Shown piece after piece: positions 36,755-49,211 of a stretch of DNA of 64,000 nucleotides (its first letter is position 1; each line of letters begins with the position of its first letter). The stretch is from contig NMRA01000337.1 of assembly GCA_002633005.1 (NCBI GenBank), positions 186,001 through 250,000 of the forward strand, read 5' to 3'. The notes under the pieces are model-generated. The model was not told the origin of the DNA. It saw nothing but the letters and a program-made list of their open reading frames with translations, and did not search any database. The stretch is from Phoronis australis (Eukaryota > Animalia > Phoronida). Position numbers and translations under genes: made by a program.

Positions 36755-37873
36755 TAGGTAACTGGAGGTCACAAAGGGGTACGCTGTGGAGGAATGTCGT
36801 CTGACCCTTGTGGGGGTCTTTCTTGAAACTGCCGGAAAAGAAGTGCGTGCCGACACTACCCGAATCACCAACATGTTTACAAATTAATAACCTTTTCCTG
36901 CCAAAGTCAAATCAGCTAAACATGATACCTTAGAGAGTGAAATACCCACGCGAGTTGGTAATAGGTTCCTATCAACCCATTTTCCCGGTTAGGCCACTTT
37001 GTGGACAACAGTTGTCTTCAGTTTGCAATGAAATTCTATGTTGGCTTCACACCTCTCTACAAAACAGCGCTTGTTCTGAAAAAATACCCAGAAGGGCTAT
37101 TTTGAGAAAATATCCAATTACACAAACTGCGATGGATTTTTAATTTAGGACGTGTAGAGTGCGTCTGTCCATTAGCACTAGAAGACTATTTGCACAACGG
37201 ACGCACGTTTTCTACACATTTTGTCACCCACAAAGGAATGTTACAATTCTGTGATAATCTATATAGTAAAATGCTAAAACGAGGCCCGGAAGTTGGCTTC
37301 GAGTGCGTCGGACAAAAATAATCAAGAGCGGTCGCGCGGACACCCGCCCCCTCTCGCAAAGCCCGGCGTGTTTTTTTTTCTTTGTCTTACCGAGTCGTTT
37401 CAGTCTGTCGATCCGGCGAACGCGCTTCTTTCACGAAGCCAAGTACTATTCAAGGGTATTCGTCCGCCGCCTGTGTCTACCCTTTACGCCTACTAGGTTG
37501 TGTGTTCGTTCAATGTTCGGCGGAGAGAGAACTCCGTGTGCCGTAGACGCGTCCATTCACATTCTGCGAAACCAGCGACGACTGGCCTGTGCGAGTTCCT
37601 GACTTATTCTTATACTTAAAAGTAGTTTTATATTAGAGGTAAGTGGCCAAGATCTCAACCTTCATTTAAGTCTTTAGTGAAGTGCCACAGAAAGGCCCAC
37701 TTTTTGCCCATGTTTTTCAAAAAGCGAACCGATAATTCTCCAAAATCCACTCCGGCTCTAGATAACGGGGGATAACGACTTCGCCATGTAATAATCTATA
37801 TATATATCAGCCTCGAATGGCCAATACAACCGTGTAATAACCCATTTAGTTATCACACTAGTGAGATAACATT

Positions 37874-37955
37874 TTGGCGGGAATCGAGGCCGGTTTCGAA
37901 CCCGGTACGCATGAGTTTCGGATCGCCGACTTTACCACTGCACCACTCAGCGGCT
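37874..37955 (-). mobile_element. tRNA-derived SINE head or tRNA pseudogene
   Basis: Minus strand A box TGGTGCAGTGG and B box GGTTCGAAACC at tRNA-like spacing; D, anticodon and acceptor stems do not pair properly. Confidence 0.6.
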
Positions 37956-38199
37956 GACGTCACCGAGCGTGAAAATAGAATACTTAAAGGCAAAGGCAAC
38001 CTTTTTTCATGTCATTTTGAGCTAAAATAAGGTTGGTTGGTTATCCTAGACGTATTTTCCACTTAATTACAGCTTTTCGTAATTTTATTAATTACTCGTC
38101 CTCTACTCCGGAAGTGACGTTTTAGGAGGCAAGCGTTTCCCGCCACTTGGTTTTGCGTTGACTTTACCGTGCGTCAAAATGACGTCATGCTAAACATTC

Positions 38200-38600
38200 A
38201 TATACACACCACGCAGTGGGAGTCTGATATGAAACCAAGTACGAAATAGATAACAGAAATTGAATAGGTGGTTAAAGCACGTCGATAGCATGAGATCGAA
38301 ACAGCGAAATGTCAAATTAACTATCGGAATTTTTACAACTTACTGTATTCGTGACCACAGAGGTGTGAGGCGAATCGAAGCATTCGTTTTCAACGGTCGT
38401 ATGCATGTTCACGCAAAACTCCCTCAGGATCAAAATTACGTGTTGTCTTTGTTTTCCACAGCACCATTCTGTCATATGTACACCTCGTTGACTCAATATT
38501 ATGTCAACTCGGTGAATGAAAGGACTGTGGGTACATCGAAGCTGCTCTGTACTTGGCGGGAGATTCGATTTAAGTGACAACCTTGTTACCTTTGACAGCG
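38200..38600 (+). repeat. Interspersed repeat, copy 1 (homologous to 48405-48835)
   Basis: Shared blocks gtggttaaagcacgtcg, gatcaaaattac, ttgactcaatattatg, ggtgaatgaaaggactg, gagattcgattt. Confidence 0.8.
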
Positions 38601-39159
38601 CATAAGTAGTAAACAAAGTTCCACGCGGTTGAGTGGTTCCGAGGTGGTTCAGCTTAATCTTTTTTTTCTGGCTAAACGGGATAAATTTCATATTTGAAGT
38701 TCCCCGAGAATGGAGACAAGGTAGTTTTCTAGACACGTGAAATATTGTAAAAATGGCCAAGTTTTGTGAATAAGGTTTGAGACATCCTTAACGTTCAAAA
38801 AGAAACACAACCGATTATACGTGTACGGCAGTCATTTTTGGGTTAGATTGGTGTTTAGGACTTATTAGCTTTGAGGGATAAAATGGCAAAATATGTTTGC
38901 GTTCTTGTGACCTTGTTGTAAATCTCCGATTCGTAACAAAAGCTTTCACTCAAAGTTAACTGAAATCGAGGCGGCAATGAAAATGACCGATGTGGCCGGT
39001 TTGTAGTGCTGTGAGAAAGATGAAGAACTGAGGCACATTGGAGGATAAACCTCTCCAGATAATCAGTGGGCTCTGAGCTGTAGGAGCTTGAAAAGAAGGT
39101 TCTGTGATTACTTTCACCTGGGAGTTTGGTTTTGACGTTTTCCACCTCATTCATACGTG

Positions 39160-40560
39160 TACCTTTTAAAATTTTAAAAAGTTCCCATTTTAAAGTTGCA
39201 CATTTTCGCTTAAATTGCCAATTGACAAAACGTTGAAATTTAGAGTTCGTGTACAATGCATCAATAGTCATAAAAAAATATTGTCTCGTTCATTGTAAGA
39301 CACATTTTATTAAAAATATGACAAAGTATGGAATGTGAGACAAATAGTATAGGGATAGGTAGGGCAGTTAGTTTTCGTCAATTTTAGCACAATTCTTATA
39401 CTCACAGTCAGAGCCACAAAAATGTAACAATTCAACTTGGCCAAACTGTGGCCCCCTCTACCGCCAACAAGTGCCTGCCCTGGTCTCCTACTGCCTCTCC
39501 ACATTGAAGAAAAATCAGTAACATATTTGAACAATTTGAGTGAGTCCTTTGAACATACAAGTAATATGGAGCACAATGTTGTGTTATTCCATGTTCATTG
39601 AGACATACAAGAGGCTAAAAATTGAATATTGATCAACATTTACTAGATTATTGGGGTTTTGATGTGTGCCCGTAATTGCTCATTTTATTCAATTGCAACG
39701 TGTTCCAAAAATTCAACAGCATACAAAGATGCAATGGTAAGTGCATATGAAGTTGATTTTTGTAATGTTAATGAAGAATTGGCACTTTTCATTTATTGAT
39801 ACAAGTGGTGTTGTTAATGGCAAAATGTGTTTTTTGTTGTCTTTGTACCGAATTGTCTGGGTAAAACGTACATCAACTCTGTGGTTTAATAAAGCCTGAA
39901 GCAGTTTCAGTAAATACCGTTGGTGTCGTGCCTGTCGTACCCACTGTAGACTGGACGTCACATCAAACAACCAAAATTCCCTACGTTGTTCACATGCTGA
40001 TATAAATTTGATTTACATGCGTTCTGAGATGGTAGGAATTGTAGCAGTGTTGACATTTCTCCTTCCGGTTACTTTAAGTTATTTATTACTCTGACCAAAC
40101 ACAGCGACACTGTGGTTAAACTGCTCGGTTCCATTTTCGTTAAAATCATAAAACTAGTTTTATTAAAAACACGTAGTTTCAAATGATGCGCGTTCAATAT
40201 GATATGTTTATCAAAGTGAATAGAAAATAATACACATACTTTAGTAATTCTAACCTACCCTTCAGCTTTACTGATAAACCCTCAGAATTTTTTCTACACT
40301 CCTGGAATCACTCCGAAAAACATTCCGACGCATGTTATGCATACAAACAAAAGTTTATCGTCTGTGTTTTCATGGCCAGATTTAGGACCAAAACTTTTGT
40401 AAGTTGGACTAAACTGTTTTAACGATAGTTTCTGTCTATCTGCTAAAGATTTCTTACTTTGGTATTCATGTTACAGATGTAATCTGCACCTACCGTTGGC
40501 ACCAGAAAAGGGTTTCTCAGTTGGTTAATAGTTTTGTTTTCAGCGCCCTCTACTGCTCAA
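39160..40560 (-). mobile_element. Possible second, inverted Academ-like relic; extent uncertain
   Basis: 39165-39215 matches the reverse complement of the right subterminal repeat of the 33.6-36.8 kb element. Confidence 0.4.
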
Positions 40561-40924
40561 CATATGTAATAGCTTAATCCCTATTAAACGTGCGCGCATT
40601 TTAAATGATGAATTAGCAATACTTTATTTAGAGATAGAAGACAGAAGTAAATGGCCAGGTGAAAGAACTAACAAAATGTTCTCGTAACAACTCAAGGCCC
40701 ACTGACTAAGAATTGGGAATTGGAAGCGAGCTCGAGCGCTGGATTGGAGAAATGTCGAGCTTGCTCCCAGTAGCCGGACGAGTTAGCATTCCTCTTCCGT
40801 CTTTCATCAATAGCTAGACGTTCATGCTTTCTTTTGATTGATTTCTACCCTAAAACTAACATTATTGTTAAAGAACTTGACTAATCAATCGATTGAATCC
40901 CTCGCTTGCGTGTAAAGCGGTACC

Positions 40925-41130
40925 TGAAGGTCACGTGGTTCAAAAGCTAGTGAAGTGGAGGGTCACTGACCTCGCAGATTTTTGAGGAAAAAACAAAAAA
41001 AAAACATTCGCTTAAAGAAAGTATTTTTTGGTTATAAGGCCCCGAACAACTGTAGAAGTGTTGTCTGCGATAAATTCGTGCAATTTTGTTCAACTTTGTG
41101 CATTTTATTTACGCTTCATTGTCGCCGATT
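40925..41130 (+). repeat. Interspersed repeat (homologous to 47285-47500)
   Basis: Shared gaaggtcacgtgg.tcaa.agc, aaaacattc, agtgttgt.tg.gataaattcgt, tcattgtcgc. Confidence 0.7.
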
Positions 41131-42497
41131 TTGTAACTTCAACAGTCTGAATCGAAAAGTAAAAATAAGCAAAGGCACATCAGCGAGATCGGATAGCAAC
41201 AGTGTCACGTGATGTTCGGCTAGGAAATAGCCCCATTGGCTAACCTGGGTCACGATTCTTCTCTGTACGTTCCAGAAATTTCCGGAAGAGTGCTCAAGTG
41301 ACTTTGAGTTCAGAAAGAGGCCTCCGGGTGGTGTTTAGGAAAACAAGTGACTGGGCTCGTGTGGAAATTTGATTTGCGCTTACGGCACCATCCATGGGCT
41401 TTTAAGGTGTGTTTAGAGGGAAATGTTTCAGTATGTCAGCCGCTATAACAGACATTACTGTTAACAAGTGCTTAACTTCTAGCTTAAAGATCTTTTTAAA
41501 GATCAAAAATCGAGATTTATCGACATCTTTCCTACATTCTTCACACGTAGGCTCACCAGTCATATAAAATGATCCCAAAAGAGCCTCCGTTGGGCTTTTT
41601 CAACCCTAGTTTCCAAAAGAGCCACTTGGGGGCATGGGGTTTTGCCTTAATGTGGGTCATTCAGAAATCCCCGATTATGCTGAGTTCACGCTATCTAATT
41701 GTCCGACTTTTAAGTTGGGTTTTGGTGGGTTACAATATTAGAACAATAAGAGAGTTTTAGGATTAATAACCGACGACACCGCATGCATTCTGGGTTAAGA
41801 TGTTTACAAAATCGCACATAACTTTTCCTTAATGCTTTGAATATTACTCAGATATATTGCATCTAGCAACTAGTAAAGTGAAAAAATATGAAAATTTCTT
41901 ATAATTCGACCATCACAGCATTCACAAAAAACTGTGTTGGCATAGCTACAAAAGCTGCATTACGCCGTGTCTTTACCTCTTCGGTGGCCACGGTACCCTT
42001 GTGAAACAAACGCTAAAACGTCTTTTCCTTGGAAGTCCCACTTACTCAAATATCCGAAAAACATCCAACAATGACAAAGATTTAACGAATTCTTGGTTTG
42101 TAGACAAAGATTACTCGTTTTCCTTTTCAACTCAGAAAGCATCAGAAAGAAAAATCATTTTGATAAGCCTGCCAAATACTGTTGCCACGGTAACATTTTG
42201 AAAGACGTGAACACGATATCTTGTAAGCTATTGTAACTGCTAGTAATTTGGAAATGCAGACCGTCAAACGATGCAATTACGTATTTAGACACTAAATTAT
42301 TGGCTGACTTTATGGTGTACGGCTTCGCGTGTCAGACTCATAGAAGTGTCAGTGGGCAAAATTTATTATTGAACCGTGTTGAGATAGCGGTTATGTAGGA
42401 AAGACAGGACGAGTTTCGTTGATGCAAGACAGTTGCGAGCAAAGGTAGCGCGGTTACGTGGTTCTCTTACAGTACAAGGCCATATCCCACGAGAACC

Positions 42498-43268
42498 ATC
42501 GAAATTGGAATTCCGAAGTGGAAAACAGATTCCTGCGCCTTCAAAACAGCTAACCAGCCCGAAAAACACGAGCCCCGACCTTTGAAACGGGAACCCGAGG
42601 GAACCTGGATAATTTTTCAAATTTTCTGAGACGATGTCAGTAGCCTCAAACTTTGAGTACTTTCAAGTACTTTCCAGTTGTTTTCTGTATTTGTTTGTTA
42701 AAAATTATCAATAATAAAACGCAACTTATATTGATTTTGTTATTTGATTTTTATCGGTAAAACTCGTGCAACTTGTCTGTGGGCAAATTTCTTCATAATC
42801 TTTTCTCTCGTTGTTGTCTCGGTGAATGTTTAATTGATTTCAGATTATTCAATAGTTTCTCCAAAAATATTTCAAAAATGAAAAACAAAAACATTATCTC
42901 CACTTTCGAGTGTCAGTGTTGATTAATTAATTTAAAGATCTTTACAACTGGCCGCATTTTAGGGTTCGTCAATTTACTTGTCCAGAGTACATTATTTCCC
43001 GCACGATCAATTTCCGAATTTTGAAATGGACCGCGAGAATTATTCACTCAGAAGACCTGCACCGTCACCGATTTTACTGTTTTGCCCTCAAAAAATGTAC
43101 TTCAACTCCTCGTCGATCATTAAAGAGGAATTCGGAATAGGAATTTCCCTGGTTGTCCCAAAGGTCGCGGTCAGTGTTTGCTGGTTAGCTGTTTTGAAGG
43201 TGCAGGAGTGTGTTTTCGACTCCGGGATATCTGTCTTACACCTGGGTTCCAATTTCGATAGAACACTA
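42498..43268. mobile_element. MITE / non-autonomous TIR element
   Basis: Inverted arms atcgaaattggaa..ccttcaaaacagctaaccagc..gacctttg / caaaggtc..gctggttagctgttttgaagg..ttccaatttcgat. Confidence 0.75.
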
Positions 43269-43528
43269 GCTAGTTAACGGGATCTCCTTTCGCGATCGAA
43301 ACTTGCTCTAACGGAATGCAGCGTGGAGCTCTTTTCGTCTAACCTGCCCTTTTTCACCATTGCACTTACAATGTCACTGACTTGATATGCATACGCAATA
43401 GCAAAGGTCACCGGTTCGATTATTAAGCTTCCAGCAAGAAACCGAATACGCTTGTTGGAATGTTTTAAAGTCTCTAACAGTAGGTTTGCTCAATTTTGAT
43501 CGAATTTATTTAGTTACTACAATGGGAT

Positions 43529-43684
43529 CAGTGCTGTAGTGGTAAAATTAGAGGTAAGTAGGCGTCCAAAGCCCACCGTATCACCTTGAGCACTGAACTT
43601 AACTTATGGTGCGTAGGCGCTATGTTCAAATGCCAAAAGGTGGTTGGCTGAGCCTACGTGCGCCTACGCCCCACTACAGCACTG
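43529..43684. mobile_element. hAT-type MITE, 156 bp
   Basis: Perfect 14-bp TIR CAGTGCTGTAGTGG and perfect 8-bp TSD AATGGGAT (43521-28 and 43685-92). Confidence 0.9.
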
Positions 43685-43888
43685 AATGGGATACTAGGTT
43701 TGTCGATAAAGTTAACCAAGCGTGTGGAGAAATGTCTGCCACTGACTGCAGACATCAAAACAATAAATATATAGACTTCAAGTCATCTTATGGTTCGTCA
43801 ATTTCCAGCTGTTCCACTCTCGGTAAGAACCACAGCAATACCCGAGCAGTCGGGAGAACGAGTACCCAAGGCAATGGAAAGTGATAAA

Positions 43889-43954
43889 AAATCTTGGGCC
43901 TATCGGATCCGAGAGTGCTTTTAAACAGTCTCAGATCCGATAGGCCCAAGATTT
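43889..43954. repeat. 66-bp hairpin/palindrome
   Basis: Perfect 21-bp inverted arms aaatcttgggcctatcggatc / gatccgataggcccaagattt, with further imperfect pairing inside. Confidence 0.85.
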
Positions 43955-44457
43955 ACACAGCTTAGTACATCAAAACAGTATATTTGGTTCTGGGTAGACT
44001 TCAATAACTGATTGTCACGGCGACAAAATATAACCAAAATCGCGTGTTCTCATAGAAGATAGACGCGATATCTATCGCTAGATATTACGTTTCTAGCTGG
44101 ACACTGGGGTTATTGAATTCGGCCCAGGTCTGAGCCCCGGAACATTTTGAAACCTGCGCCTCGCTGATCAATATAGAGAAAAATCGCACGCCCACATCAT
44201 TTTCAGCTAAGTTCTCAAACTTTTTTTTCTTTCAAACGCCACACAAACGTATCCATGCTAATTTTCAAATTGAAATTTATAACCATCGTAACCTCACGTC
44301 CCATTCATTGTATAAACCATAGTTCATTACCATGTTTGCTGTATGTATTTTTGTGACGGCCATCTTTTTTGCTTACGTTTATCCTCCATAGATATTGTTA
44401 AAAAGTGTGTAAGACCAAATTTCATTCAAGTGTTAAGTCACTTTCCTGAAACAGACG

Positions 44458-45330
44458 TCAGACCCAGGCTCCCTGTACACATACGCCAGACCCCGGCCCC
44501 CTGTACACATACACCAGACCCCGGCCCCCCGGCTGTACACATACGCCAGACCCCGGTCCCGTGTACACATACATCAGACCCTGGCCCCCTGTACACATAT
44601 CCAGACCTCGGTCCCCTGTACACATACGCCAGACCTCGACCCCATGTACATGTACACATACGCCAGACTCNNNNNNNNNNNNNNNNNNNNNNNNNNNNNN
44701 NNNNNNNNNNNNNNNNNNNNNNNNNNNNNNNNNNNNNNNNNNNNNNNNNNNNNNNNNNNNNNNNNNNNNNNNNNNNNNNNNNNNNNNNNNNNNNNNNNNN
44801 NNNNNNNNNNNNNNNNNNNNNNNNNNNNNNNNNNNNNNNNNNNNNNNNNNNNNNNNNNNNNNNNNNNNNNNNNNNNNNNNNNNNNNNNNNNNNNNNNNNN
44901 NNNNNNNNNNNNNNNNNNNNNNNNNNNNNNNNNNNNNNNNNNNNNNNNNNNNNNNNNNNNNTGTACACATGCGCCAGACCTCGGCCACCTGTACACATGC
45001 GCCAGACTCCGGTCCTCTGTACACATACTCCAGACCCTGGCCTCTTGTACACGTATGCCAGACCCCGGCCCCCTGTACCCATACGCCAGACCCCGGTCCC
45101 GTGTACACATGCGCCAGACCTCGGCCACCTGTACACATGCGCCAGACTCCGGTCCTCTGTACACATACTCCAGACCCTGGCCTCTTGTACACGTATGCCA
45201 GACCCCGGCCCCCTGTACCCATACGCCAGACCCCGGTCCCGTGTACACATACGCCAGTCCCCGGCCCCCTGTACACATACCCAAACCCCGGCCCCCTGTA
45301 TACATATGCCAGACCCCGGCTCCCCTGTAC
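44458..45330. repeat. 28-bp GC-rich minisatellite with 140-bp higher-order repeat; contains a 291-N gap (44671-44961)
   Basis: Unit cctgtacacatacgccagaccccggccc; 44962-45101 reads identical to 45102-45241. Confidence 0.95.
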
Positions 45331-47284
45331 AACCAAAAATCATTCGTGCTACTGCACCACTGAGACTGGTTAGAACTGAAGAAAAATGCACCGCCTACGT
45401 TGATATCAACTGAATTTTATATTTTTGAAAATATGAATAAACAAAAACATACCACACCACTGCATCAATTTTTAGAACAGCCATAGACCAGAACCAAATA
45501 TTATTCTTGGAGACGATACACCGAACCCTGTTTAATCGTCTGATAAGAAGGCTATCCACTTCTAAATTTGGGAAAACCCATGGGTTTCCCCGTTAACCCA
45601 TATAACCTGGAGTTGCTTTTCAATTCATCTATCTACTTTCAAAAACCAATTACCTTTATATTTACGCTACTTGAAAACAAGCCCTCCAGTTCAGAAGTCG
45701 TCTCCTCTTGCGTGTATTTGATTGGGTTTATTCAACTCTTGTGTAATCGCTGTTTTAGTGAGACAGTAGAGATAATTTCAGGAGCGCACCCGGCGTCATT
45801 GGCGCATGAAAAATTCCATCGACGCACCATGATTGCTTAACTGAGGCCAACGGACGCATTGAAATTGTATTGCAATCAAGCTTAATTTTGTCTTGAATAA
45901 TACACTTTGTATTTAGATTCTGACACGAAGATGATGCAGACCAGCAGATCAAAACTGAGGACTGTCACCAAAACAATAGTGTTTTACAAAAATTCAATTC
46001 AGTTAGCAGTTTAATCGCCTCGTAACATATGAAGGTCACTTACGACATCAGTAGACAGAGGTTGAAATGCCGTCCCCCACTCCAAACTGAGGACAACGAT
46101 TACTAATGTGGTCCAAGGCTCCTCACAATTGGCTCATAAATGTAATTCCTTGTGGGTCACCTGACCCATGGCCAAGTTTTTCTAAAGTGATTCGGGGTAA
46201 CACTTGTTTATTTCGGAACTTCGGAGTTACATGAGTGTAACTCTGACTGAAACCTGGTAGACGAAAAATACCAAAACATCTTGATTCAGTATACCTAAAT
46301 CGCATATACATGTACGTACGAAACAAATAATTTTGTTTCAGCGAGTCAAAAGACACAATCGGTTTTATGACAGAAAAAACGCATTTGAGGGTCTTTTTTG
46401 TCTTATATTGATTTTTTCAAGTCATTAACTTGGATTTGGGACACATGTTATGAAAGTGACTTAACTTGGATCAGGGGCCGTCTTATGAACCTTAAGACTG
46501 AAATTTAGTCTTACGCTCCAACTTGATTGCGGAATAAAAGTTTAGACAAGTAGTTATAAGCACATCGCACTCTAGAAATGATTCAGCGATATGTGGCGAC
46601 ATGCAGATCACGAATGCGACCTGGAATTGGGTTTGGCGACCTGGAAAAAACTCCAATTCGACACCAACTCGCCAGTGCGAGTATCAACGGCAGACAATAA
46701 TTCCCTCTAAATTTGAATCGAAGTTCGTGTTGACTTCCAAACTTTAAATTATTAACAGTTTTCCTAGACTCATTACCTTTGATTAAATATTGTTCCGTTT
46801 ATGTCGTGATATCAGTGAATCCGCCACCAGAGCAGTCAGCACACATCAAACGCGCTTAAATTTCAATAGGAAGTAAGTAGACAGAAGTGGGACTAGTTCG
46901 AGAAAAATCGGTAAAATTCACGCCACCAGTCCACCGTTCTAACAGTTTGGCATTCATGCTTACTTTTGATTAATTTTAAGCATAAACCTAAACTTGTTTT
47001 TGAAAAGCTAATGTTTCCAGTCTTTGACTATTTAACTGATTTAATCACTGTCGAGTCTATTTTTTACGAAAGTCCTCGGCTTGTCGGCGGAATAATTATA
47101 CAAATCTAGTTTTCCAAAATGGCCAAATCCACCTTGAAATCCAATAACTCAATAATTATAACTGCTACCATTTGCAGTTTTTCTATTGGGTAAATATTTC
47201 TAGAGAACTGTGTTGTTGGGCATCATAACTGAACTCCAAAATTACATGCCGCGAAAGGTGAGCTCGCGAGAGCATTGCGGCATA

Positions 47285-47500
47285 TGAAGGTCACGTGGCT
47301 CAACAGCCAGGGATATCGAGTGTCACGTGGCTTCTAAGATTTGTGCCAAAATGAAACAAAAAAAACAACTGAAAAACATTCTCGTAAGGAAATCGAAGTA
47401 TTTTTTTTATGAAAATGTTCAGGAGAATAGTGTTGTTTGAGATAAATTCGTCTAATTCTGCTCAATTTTGCCCGTCTTGTTCATGCATCATTGTCGCTTA
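47285..47500 (+). repeat. Interspersed repeat (homologous to 40925-41130)
   Basis: See the 40925 copy. Confidence 0.7.
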
Positions 47501-47664
47501 TAATGTCACTTTACTTAAGTAACCTGTCATCGTATTTCAAATTTTTGTATGCTATATACCAAAACGATTCACGATCTTAGATCAGGGTTCAAAAACCCGA
47601 AAGCCACATGTCCTTGCATTTTCTAACAATAGACCGCGTTTCTGATATTTCCGGGGACCCCGAC

Positions 47665-47765
47665 TAATTTTTGTGATTATTGTTTGAGAATTTAAAGACA
47701 TGCGGCTTTAGGGATATTTTGTACCCGGAAAAATAAAGATTCGCTTCGTTGTATCAAATGCGAAT
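47665..47765 (+). repeat. Interspersed repeat fragment (homologous to 19100-19200 in an rGC intron)
   Basis: Shared tgattattgtt.gagaatttaaagacatgcggcttt.gggat. Confidence 0.7.
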
Positions 47766-48404
47766 ATTTTTAATTTGTCAAACTCAGATCCAATGGCCTT
47801 AACACCAATAAGGGAGCAGTTTAAGGTTATCGCAAACCTTATTTAGTGGCCTCCATTCTAGTAAAAGTATATATTTTCTGAAAGAAAAAATCTCAAGGAT
47901 TATTAAAATATATTTTATATTTATAAGCCATTATTATTATTACATTAAAATATTTTTAAGTAAAAATAATTTCATTTTAATAAAGGTACGTTCTTAGCAA
48001 AATAACGCCTATGTCGATTTTAATGAACCCCTTTAAAATGAAAATTTCACCAGTTACCTCAAAAATGCTGTTAGGAATTTTCGATTCGGCTCTTAGTTTG
48101 GTTTCTATGACAAATCAACTTCAAATTAAGTCGATTTGCCGAAGCCGAGAAAAAGCCGATTAAGTTGAGATACGTGAAAATCTCAAGGTTTTCGGTTAAT
48201 TATTCGGTGAAAACTTGTTTTCGTTCAATATAACTATACATGCCTTAACCATGTTCGCTATTTCATCATTCACTCACAATATCAACTGAATTTGTAGTGT
48301 GTAATTAACTTAATTTTCACTAAAACGTTAATTTTGCGACCGTCTCCAGTTCGACAGGGCGAGATCAACTGTTGACCTACTTAAAAGTAGGTCAACAGTT
48401 CACT

Positions 48405-48835
48405 GTTGTACACTCCACCCACCGGGAGATTGACATGAAACCATACAAATACGAAATGGATAAGAGAAATCGAGTCGGTGGTTAAAGCACGTCGTGAGCA
48501 TGGGATCCAAACACCGAAATTACCAAAATTAAGCAATTTGAATAAGGATTTATCTCTTTTCACAACGTGCTATGTTCGTGAACACAAAGTCACAGCCAGG
48601 CGTGAGGCGACTCGGAGCATTCGTTCTCAATTTTTGTATGCATGCAGACGCACAACTCCCTCTCGATCAAAATTACTTTTGCCTTAGTTTTCCCCGACAT
48701 CTTGCTATCATGTGTACATCGCTTTGACTCAATATTATGGCGACTGGGTGAATGAAAGGACTGAGGGTACACTACGGCTGTTCTGTGCCTGGTGAGAGAT
48801 TCGATTTGAGTTACAGTCCTGTAACCTTCGACCTC
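48405..48835 (+). repeat. Interspersed repeat, copy 2 (homologous to 38200-38600)
   Basis: See copy 1. Confidence 0.8.
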
Positions 48836-48863
48836 GGATAAATATTAAATAAATTTTGGCTGC

Positions 48864-49211
48864 CACAGGGGTACCATAGAATCATACGCACGCTAGCATC
48901 TCATCTGGCGCACGAACCACCTACAAACCTATGAATTACGCAAACGAACCCATGAATCATGCACACGGACTCAAAAATCACGCATGCGAACAAATACCAA
49001 GTGCACGAACACTTTATCGCCGGTTGGTGGTTCATGCGAATGATTCGGGTACTCGTGCGTATGATTTCTGTTCGTATGTGTGATTTTTGTGGTTCGTGTG
49101 CATGATTTTTGTTCACATGAGTGAATTTTTGGGTTCGTACGCATGTTTCATAGGTTCGTAGGTGGTTCATGCGATGCTCGCCTTACGTAGTGATTCTATG
49201 GTACACTTGTG
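48864..49211. mobile_element. Foldback-type MITE with internally repetitive arms
   Basis: TIR gtaccatagaatca / tgattctatggtac; gaaccacctac.aacctatgaa / ttcataggttcgtaggtggttc; ~20-bp subrepeats in both arms. Confidence 0.85.

Noticed and set aside
37290-37645. GC-rich promoter/first-exon-like segment with + strand donor GAG|GTAAGT
   Set aside because: No downstream exons found; lies among TE fragments.
37874-37955. Functional tRNA gene
   Set aside because: Acceptor, D, anticodon and T stems are mispaired.
44343-45413. Six long overlapping ORFs (239-356 aa)
   Set aside because: Artefacts of a stop-free 28-bp tandem repeat plus an N gap.
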